Shown here one piece after another: positions 57,960 to 64,000 of a DNA stretch of 64,000 nucleotides. This DNA comes from Acidobacteriaceae bacterium. GTDB lineage: Bacteria > Acidobacteriota > Terriglobia > Terriglobales > Acidobacteriaceae. The notes beneath the pieces were generated by a model. It saw only the letters and a program-made list of their open reading frames with translations. It was not told the DNA's origin and ran no database searches. The stretch is from the NCBI GenBank assembly GCA_049693715.1, contig JBAVQC010000317.1, positions 6,441 to 70,440 on the forward strand, given 5' to 3'. Each line of letters begins with the position of its first letter. Positions within the stretch are counted from its first letter, which is position 1. The translations under genes were made by a program, and so were the position numbers.

Positions 57960-60784
57960 CTTTCTTCCGGAGGCTCACCCATCTGATCGAGCGCCGCCGA
58001 ACACCGCTCACAAACCGTTGGCCACCGCCAATCCTCACCCACGTGCACGGAGTAGTTCCAGCAGCGCTCGCATTTCTTGCCCTCAGCCGGCAGCGTAGTC
58101 GCGACCAGCTCGGTCCCCGTTCCAGGGACTACTTCCACCTGGGAAACATTCAACAGTTCCTTTAAGCTCCCCTGGTAACGTGCAAGCAGGTCACGCATTG
58201 ACTCCGGCGCCTCTAACACCAGCCGGGCATCGAGCGCTTTCCCAATCAGTTTTTCCTTGCGCGCTTCCTCCAGGCTCTTGAGAGCCTCGCCGCGCATCGC
58301 AAGCAAACTCTTCCAGTCGCTCATGAACTCCACATCGATGGTAGCCGCGAGACTCTCTGGCTTGGGGAAGAGCTCCAGATGCACGCTGGGCAGCCGGTTG
58401 CCGATCGGGGGCATGTAGCGCCAGATTTCGTCCGCGGTAAAACTTAGCAGCGGCGCGACCAGGCGTACAAGTGCCTCGGCGATCATCCACAGCACAGTCT
58501 GCGCAGACCGCCGCGCGGGATTGTCGGGCGCGGAGGTATAAATCCTGTCCTTGACCGCATCGATATACAACTGGCTCAGCTCGGCGACGGCAAATTCATT
58601 CAGCGCGTGATAAATGCGATGGAACTCAAAGTCCTCATACCATCCCAGGATCTTTTCCGTGAGCTCGCGCGTCCGCGTAAGCATGTACTGATCGAGCGAA
58701 AGCATCCGCTCCCAGGCGACCGCATGTTTCTCCGGCTCAAAGCCGTTGAGATTGCTCAGGAGGAACCGAAACGTGTTGCGCAACTTACGGTAAGTCTCGG
58801 AGACCCGCTGCATCAGGTTTTCGCTGCCCGCTACATCCTCACGGAAGTCGACCGAGGCCACCCAGAGACGAACAATCTCCGCCCCCAGCCGCTGCGAGAT
58901 GTCGACCGGATCCACGCCATTGCCCAGGCTCTTGGACATCGCGCGTCCCTGTTCATCCAGGGTCCAGCCGCAGGTCGCCGCCATGCGATAAGGCGCGGCG
59001 CCCCGAGCACCCACAGCGCAGAGCAGGGAAGACTGGAACCAGCCGCGATGCTGATCTCCGCCTTCGATATAGAGGTCCGCGGGCCAGGGAAGATCTTTCT
59101 CTCTGCCCAGAACAGCCGCCTGGCTGGCGCCGCTCTCGAACCACACATCGAGAATGTCCATCTCCTTCTTGAACTCGGCCGTGCCGCAGGAGCTGCAGGT
59201 AGTACCCGGAGGAAGGATTTCCGCCGCGTCGCGTACATACCAGGCGTCAGCCCCCTCTTTCGCAAAGAGATCGACGATGCGTTGATTGACCGCCGGATCA
59301 TTCAGCGGCCGGCCGCATTGGACACAAAGAAGTACCGCGATCGGAACACCCCAGATCCGTTGGCGCGAGATGCACCAGTCCGGACGGCCAGAGACCATGT
59401 TGGTGATCCGCTCCTTGCCCCAGCCCGGATCCCATTTCACTCGATCGATCTCTTCCAAGGCTCGCCGGCGGAATGTGGTGACGGACCCGTCCGCATGAGG
59501 CATGGGCGTTTCCATGTTGATAAACCACTGCTCGGTTGCCCGAAAGATCACGGGACGATGGCAGCGCCAGCAATGAGGGTAGGAATGATGAATCTCCTGC
59601 CGTCCCATCAAAGCGCCACGTTCCTCGAGCAGAGCGATGATCGGGGCATTGGCCTTGAAAACGAACATCCCATCATATGCAGGCAGCCCGTTGCGTATGT
59701 GCCCGCCATCGTCCACGTCGCAAAGTTGGCTCAATCCATACCGTGCGCCGGTGGCAAAGTCATCCACGCCATGCGCGGGCGCGGTATGGACAGCCCCGGT
59801 TCCCTGGTCGGTAGTGACATAAGTGGCGGTCACGCCCAGAACGCTTCGATCCAGAAACGGGTGAGCAAAGGTAACCCGCTCCATACGCGCACCGGGAAAG
59901 CGTGCGATCTCGTGCGCCCGCTCCAGCCCGCAGGCGGCCTTGGTGGCGCCGGCAAGGGCCTCGGCCACGATGTACACTTGCCCATCCTGTTCCAGGGCTA
60001 CGTATTCGAAATCAGGGTGGAAGGCCACCGCCAGGGAAGCGGGTAGGGTCCAGGGCGTGGTGGTCCAGATGATGGTCGAGACTTGTTTTCCGGCCAACCG
60101 GGCATCCATCGCTTCCGGGGGACTGGTGAGCCGGTAGCGTACGTACACGCTGGGGCTGGTGTGCATATCGTACTCGACCTCGGCCTCGGCGAGCGCCGTG
60201 CGGTCATGCATGCACCACAAAACAGGCTTGAGTCCCTTGTAGACGAATCCCCTTTCGAGGAACTGAAAAAACGTCTCGATGATCTTCGACTCATACTCCG
60301 GGGTCATGGTGGAGTAGGGAAGTTCCCACCGCCCGAAAATGCCCAGGCGCTGAAACTGCGTCCGCTGCAGGTCAAGATACTTCTGGGCGTACTCGCGGCA
60401 GGCGCGGCGGACTGCGATCGCCGGCATCTCCAGCTTCTTGCGCCCTAGCTGTTCGTCGACCTTGATCTCAATAGGCAGGCCGTGGCAATCCCACCCCGGC
60501 ACGTAGGGGGCGTTAAAGCCTGCCATGGTCTTTGATTTGACCACGAAATCCTTAAGGCACTTGTTGAGCGCGTGGCCCAGATGAATGGGCCCGTTGGCGT
60601 AGGGCGGGCCATCGTGCAGCACGTAACTCGGAGCATCCTGCCGGATGGCGCGGATTTGTTCGTAGATCCCGTCCTGCCCCCAGGTAGCCAGCCGTTTCGG
60701 CTCGCTTTGGGGCAGATTCGCCTTCATAGGGAAGTCGGAGTGGGGTAGATTCAGTGTCGCCTTGAGTTCGGGCGGGGGTGGCAT
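57956..60784 (-). CDS. ileS: Isoleucine--tRNA ligase
   Basis: 942 aa with a HIGH-type motif (PYANGPIHLGHALN), a KMSKS-type motif (AMSKSLGN) and a C-terminal Cys4 zinc cluster (CERCWNY..CERC). Confidence 0.97.
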   Translation of the reverse strand: MPPPPELKATLNLPHSDFPMKANLPQSEPKRLATWGQDGIYEQIRAIRQDAPSYVLHDGPPYANGPIHLGHALNKCLKDFVVKSKTMAGFNAPYVPGWDCHGLPIEIKVDEQLGRKKLEMPAIAVRRACREYAQKYLDLQRTQFQRLGIFGRWELPYSTMTPEYESKIIETFFQFLERGFVYKGLKPVLWCMHDRTALAEAEVEYDMHTSPSVYVRYRLTSPPEAMDARLAGKQVSTIIWTTTPWTLPASLAVAFHPDFEYVALEQDGQVYIVAEALAGATKAACGLERAHEIARFPGARMERVTFAHPFLDRSVLGVTATYVTTDQGTGAVHTAPAHGVDDFATGARYGLSQLCDVDDGGHIRNGLPAYDGMFVFKANAPIIALLEERGALMGRQEIHHSYPHCWRCHRPVIFRATEQWFINMETPMPHADGSVTTFRRRALEEIDRVKWDPGWGKERITNMVSGRPDWCISRQRIWGVPIAVLLCVQCGRPLNDPAVNQRIVDLFAKEGADAWYVRDAAEILPPGTTCSSCGTAEFKKEMDILDVWFESGASQAAVLGREKDLPWPADLYIEGGDQHRGWFQSSLLCAVGARGAAPYRMAATCGWTLDEQGRAMSKSLGNGVDPVDISQRLGAEIVRLWVASVDFREDVAGSENLMQRVSETYRKLRNTFRFLLSNLNGFEPEKHAVAWERMLSLDQYMLTRTRELTEKILGWYEDFEFHRIYHALNEFAVAELSQLYIDAVKDRIYTSAPDNPARRSAQTVLWMIAEALVRLVAPLLSFTADEIWRYMPPIGNRLPSVHLELFPKPESLAATIDVEFMSDWKSLLAMRGEALKSLEEARKEKLIGKALDARLVLEAPESMRDLLARYQGSLKELLNVSQVEVVPGTGTELVATTLPAEGKKCERCWNYSVHVGEDWRWPTVCERCSAALDQMGEPPEES

Positions 60785-61004
60785 TGTCTCTCCAGTTGAA
60801 AACGACCAAAACTCTATTGTATCTTTGCCGCAAAAGTTGACACGCTGCTTACCTCCAGGCCAAAAAAGGTGTCTAATACTTTTTAATGGATCCTCAACCG
60901 ATCCAGGCTACGTATTCTTGGAGAGCGACAAACCAGACGCGAGTCGTTCATAATGGGGAGATAGGCGGAGAGAGGCTTACCAGCCCTCTTTTCTCACAAG
61001 TTCT

Positions 61005-61988
61005 ATGGCCAATCAGGTTTTGTTACCTCCGGAGTTGGATCAACGCGAGCCGTTAGAGCCTAAGCTGCTCGCCGAAATCATTGATGAGCCGGCGTGGAAG
61101 ACGATGGCCGGCAATATTTATGACCTCCTGTATCCCAGGAAACTCCCCCCGCTCGTACTAACGTCAACCCCCATCCCAGTCAAAGACCCGATGAAGGAGG
61201 ACCGCGGTAAGGCCTCCTCCATTATTTCCATCAGTACGCACGTGATCATTATCGCGTTGATCCTGTGGGCCTTCCTCGCGGTCAAGAAGGTGGTCACCAA
61301 TAAAAACCAGCTGCTCACCAACATCGATGTGCCGCAATTCATGCCTATTGCCCCCAAGGGGCCGCAGATGGGTGGCGGGGGTGGAGGTGGCGCCCACGAT
61401 ATTTTGCAGACGCCCAAAGGCAAGCTGCCGAAGTTCGAAGACAAGCAGATTGTTCCGCCGATGGTGCTCAAGAACGACAAGCCCAAGCTGGCCGTGGATC
61501 CTTCGATCGTGATGCCTAAGGACATTCAGTTGCCCACTAACAACCTGCCCAACCTGGGAGACCCGCGCACCAGCGTAGTGGGTCCGGCCTCAAACGGCAG
61601 TGGCAGCGGCTCCGGCCTGGGCACGGGCTCTGGTGGCGGCATCGGGTCAGGCAAAGGAGGCGGATACGGTCCCGGTGAGGGCGGCGGTTACGGTGGAGGC
61701 CTCTACCATGTGGGTGGCGGCGTTTCCGCTCCGCAACTGGTGTTTGCCCCGGATCCTGAGTTCTCGGACGAAGCCCGCCGGGCAAAGTACCAGGGCGTCT
61801 GCGTAGTTTCCTTGATCGTGGACGCACAAGGGAACCCGCAGCGGGTTCAGGCTGTGCGCCACCTGGGCATGGGTCTGGACGAGAAGGCCGTAGAAGCGGT
61901 GAGGCAGTACAAATTCAAGCCCGCGACGCTGCAGGGAAAACCAGTGCCCGTGGAAGTGAACATCGAAGTGAACTTCCGCATCTACTAG
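61005..61988 (+). CDS. TonB-family energy transducer with Gly-rich linker
   Basis: 327 aa with a single TM helix (IISISTHVIIIALILWAFLAV). The C-terminal TonB_C block is PEFSDEARRAKYQGVCVVSLIVDAQGNPQRVQAVR..LDEKAVEAVRQYKFKPATLQGKPV. Confidence 0.8.
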   Translation: MANQVLLPPELDQREPLEPKLLAEIIDEPAWKTMAGNIYDLLYPRKLPPLVLTSTPIPVKDPMKEDRGKASSIISISTHVIIIALILWAFLAVKKVVTNKNQLLTNIDVPQFMPIAPKGPQMGGGGGGGAHDILQTPKGKLPKFEDKQIVPPMVLKNDKPKLAVDPSIVMPKDIQLPTNNLPNLGDPRTSVVGPASNGSGSGSGLGTGSGGGIGSGKGGGYGPGEGGGYGGGLYHVGGGVSAPQLVFAPDPEFSDEARRAKYQGVCVVSLIVDAQGNPQRVQAVRHLGMGLDEKAVEAVRQYKFKPATLQGKPVPVEVNIEVNFRIY

Positions 61989-62019
61989 CAAAAATCGCAC
62001 ATGAAAAAATCGAGGGGGT

Positions 62020-62254
62020 GAGTCCCGAAGGGACGGCTGAACTTAGCCCAGGACGACAGTCCTGGGTTTGGCAAGGGCTATTGAAAAGTCCCGCAGGGAC
62101 GACTGAAAAGAGTTGTCGGGCAACTTCCAGTCGTCCCTACGGGACTTTTCGTCACTCGAATCGCTACCCAGGACTGCGTCCTGGCTAAGCTCAGCCGTCC
62201 CTTCGGGACTCAACGAGAGTTTTCCGCAGCCTGTAAAGGCCGTACCCTTCAAAA
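62020..62254. repeat. ~200-bp nested-palindrome element, copy 2, plus a terminal hairpin-family unit
   Basis: 62020-62211 has the same outer and inner arm architecture as 48280-48477, with long near-identical runs. 62219-62254 (ttttccgcagcctgtaaaggccgtacccttcaaaa) matches units of the 35.2-kb array and covers the ligD stop codon. Confidence 0.8.
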
Positions 62255-64000
62255 GAGTGAAGCCGGAATCTCCTGGTTACTCGTCAGCATCGCCTTCCAC
62301 GGATCCTTCCGTAGCCGTTCCTTCCACTCATCAAACCGGGCAATCAGATACTTCGGCGCCCTCAAACCCTTGAGTTCAGTCCACTCCAGCGGCAGCGCCG
62401 CAGCCATGCCCAGCCGGGCCCGGCTGGAGTAAGGAGCTACCGCCGTCGCCTCGCGTTCGTTCCGTAAGTAGTCCACAAAGATCTTGTTTGTCCGCGCCGC
62501 CTTGGTCATTTTGCTGATGTAAAGCTTGGGGTTGTCTTTCTCCATCTGCAATGTGAATTCGTGAGTCAGAGCCTTCACCTGCTCCCACTCGAGCGTGGGC
62601 TTGATGGGCGCCACCACGTGCAGGCCCTTACCGCCGGTGGTCTTTACAAAGCTCTCCAGACCCAGTTGCATCAACCGGTCCCGCACCTCCTGTGCGCTGT
62701 CACAAAGGGTTGGCCACGACACAGCCTCGTCCGGATCGAGATCGAAGATGATGCGGTCGGGATGCTCCAGATCGGCGTTGGTCGACTGCCACGGATGTAT
62801 CTCGAGCACGTTCATCTGGGCCAAACCGGCCAACGATTGTTCCCCTTCCACGGTGACGTAGGTCTCTGTGCGCTTGCCCTTTCGGTCGGGAATCTCCACG
62901 CCATCGATGCCCGGCGGCATACCCGGTCCCAGGTGTTTCTGATAAAAGCATTTCTGGCCGGCGCCGTTGGGGCAGCGGACCAGGGAAAGGGGTCTGCCGG
63001 TGACGTGGGGCAGCATGAGCGGCGCGACCGCCAAATAGTAGTCAACCAATGCCTGCTTGGTAACCCCCGTCTGCGGATCGAAAACCTTCTCCGGATGAGT
63101 AACCTTGAAACCAAGCCGCGTGGGAGCAGAAGCCTTCTCCGGTGCGGCTGTCTTGGGGCGCGGCACAGTCTTTTGCGCAAGTTTTGGATCCGGCATCTCG
63201 CGGCCCACCTCCGTCGCCTTCTTGTCTTCCCGCAGACCTTTGAAGCTGGCTTGCCGCACCAGCGCATCGGCAGTCCAGGTGCTGAACTGAACCTCCGCCA
63301 CCAGCTCAGGCCGCACCCAGATAGCACCGTTGGCGGCTGAGGCCGGCACGTCGACGAAGGGCATTTGGGTTTGCCGCATAGCTTCCAGTTGCTTACGCAA
63401 CTGGCGCGAGCTGACCTGGCTGAAACCGGTGCCCGTCCGCCCGGCGTAGATCAATTTCTTGTTATCGTAATAGCCCAACAACAGGGCTCCGATGCCATCG
63501 GTTCCGTTATTGGGCTTGGTGAAGCCACCCACGACAAACTCCTGCCGGCGAACGCACTTGATCTTGATCCATGACTTACTGCGGCCCGAGGTATACGGGC
63601 TGTCGGCGCGTTTGGAAACAATGCCTTCGGCTTCCAACTTGCAGGCCTCGGTAAAGATCGGCTTGCCTTCGGCGGCGATATGCTGGCCGTAGCGGACCGT
63701 TTCGTGCTCCACCAGGCTGTCGAGCATCTCGGCCAGTATTTGCTTGCGCCTGGTGAGCGGCTCCTGGCGAAGATTGTGCCCATTCAGGTGCAGCAGATCA
63801 AAGACAAAGTAGGTGAGCGGGTGTTTCGCTCCTTCCTCAAAGGCTGCCTGCAGGGCGGCAAAGCTGCTCTGTCCGTTGGCTTCGAGCACCACCACTTCTC
63901 CATCCAGGACGGCGCTCTCGACCGACAGCCGCCCGAGTTCGCGTGCGACCGCGGACATACGATGTGTCCAATCCAGCCCGCTCCGCGTGTAAAGGCGAAC
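62249..64000 (-). CDS. ligD: ATP-dependent DNA ligase LigD, ligase domain (C-terminal part) plus polymerase/primase domain; N-terminus beyond right window edge
   Basis: The frame is open from 64000 (..VRLYTRSGLDWTHRMSAV..). It has ligase OB-fold blocks and a Pro/Lys linker. The LigD polymerase domain follows (LVDYYLAVAPLMLPHVTGRPLSLVRCPNG..FYQKH, IIFDLDPDE, KTTGGKGLHVV, VDYLRN). Confidence 0.85.
   Translation of the reverse strand, partial: VRLYTRSGLDWTHRMSAVARELGRLSVESAVLDGEVVVLEANGQSSFAALQAAFEEGAKHPLTYFVFDLLHLNGHNLRQEPLTRRKQILAEMLDSLVEHETVRYGQHIAAEGKPIFTEACKLEAEGIVSKRADSPYTSGRSKSWIKIKCVRRQEFVVGGFTKPNNGTDGIGALLLGYYDNKKLIYAGRTGTGFSQVSSRQLRKQLEAMRQTQMPFVDVPASAANGAIWVRPELVAEVQFSTWTADALVRQASFKGLREDKKATEVGREMPDPKLAQKTVPRPKTAAPEKASAPTRLGFKVTHPEKVFDPQTGVTKQALVDYYLAVAPLMLPHVTGRPLSLVRCPNGAGQKCFYQKHLGPGMPPGIDGVEIPDRKGKRTETYVTVEGEQSLAGLAQMNVLEIHPWQSTNADLEHPDRIIFDLDPDEAVSWPTLCDSAQEVRDRLMQLGLESFVKTTGGKGLHVVAPIKPTLEWEQVKALTHEFTLQMEKDNPKLYISKMTKAARTNKIFVDYLRNEREATAVAPYSSRARLGMAAALPLEWTELKGLRAPKYLIARFDEWKERLRKDPWKAMLTSNQEIPASLF

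Noticed and set aside
1-64000. tRNA, rRNA, tmRNA, transposase/integrase or prophage genes
   Set aside because: I scanned for T-arm-like GGTTCGAATCC motifs, rRNA-like conserved blocks and DDE/tyrosine recombinase-like ORFs and found none. This was a by-eye scan, so small RNAs could be missed.

Overview
High-GC bacterial chromosomal segment. It is most likely from an Acidobacteriota (Terriglobia-like) genome. I infer this from the CarboxypepD_reg-type TonB-dependent receptor, the many SpoIIE/PP2C phosphatases, and the intergenic GTCCC-NNN-GGGAC and CCCAGGAC-NNN-GTCCTGGG hairpin repeat families. I could support about 55 protein genes. The left part (1-18 kb) looks accessory: a secreted tannase-like esterase, a TonB-dependent receptor, IclR, an exported TIM-barrel isomerase, a UDG-family gene, and an AraC-headed redox/detox cluster. 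That cluster holds three AhpD/CMD-type genes, one decayed CMD copy and a frameshifted cupredoxin. A 7TM-SpoIIE phosphatase and an atypical STAS gene follow. The rest is mostly housekeeping: accA, pyrF, rlpA, thiD, lysA, degP-like, truA, tolC-like, aroA, deoC, hpt, lgt, uvrA, ileS-lspA, a tonB-like gene, and ligD cut by the right edge. I saw no rRNA, tRNA, CRISPR array, transposase or integrase. The best candidate for an undescribed system is a tightly packed four-gene module at 19.4-23.7 kb. It encodes a coiled-coil protein, a MotB/OmpA-anchored membrane protein with a Roadblock/longin-like cytoplasmic region, a Rab-like small GTPase lacking the catalytic Gln, and a SpoIIE/PP2C phosphatase. 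Other items worth a second look are two copies of a ~200-bp nested-palindrome element, a composite hairpin-repeat array, a 166-bp element with 23-bp terminal inverted repeats, a 191-nt long-range hairpin between tolC and aroA (ncRNA or MITE), an unlisted 59-aa zinc-ribbon ORF, and an in-frame 15-bp x3 repeat in a STAS gene that also lacks the phosphorylatable serine. All product calls come from reading motifs by eye. No database search was run.
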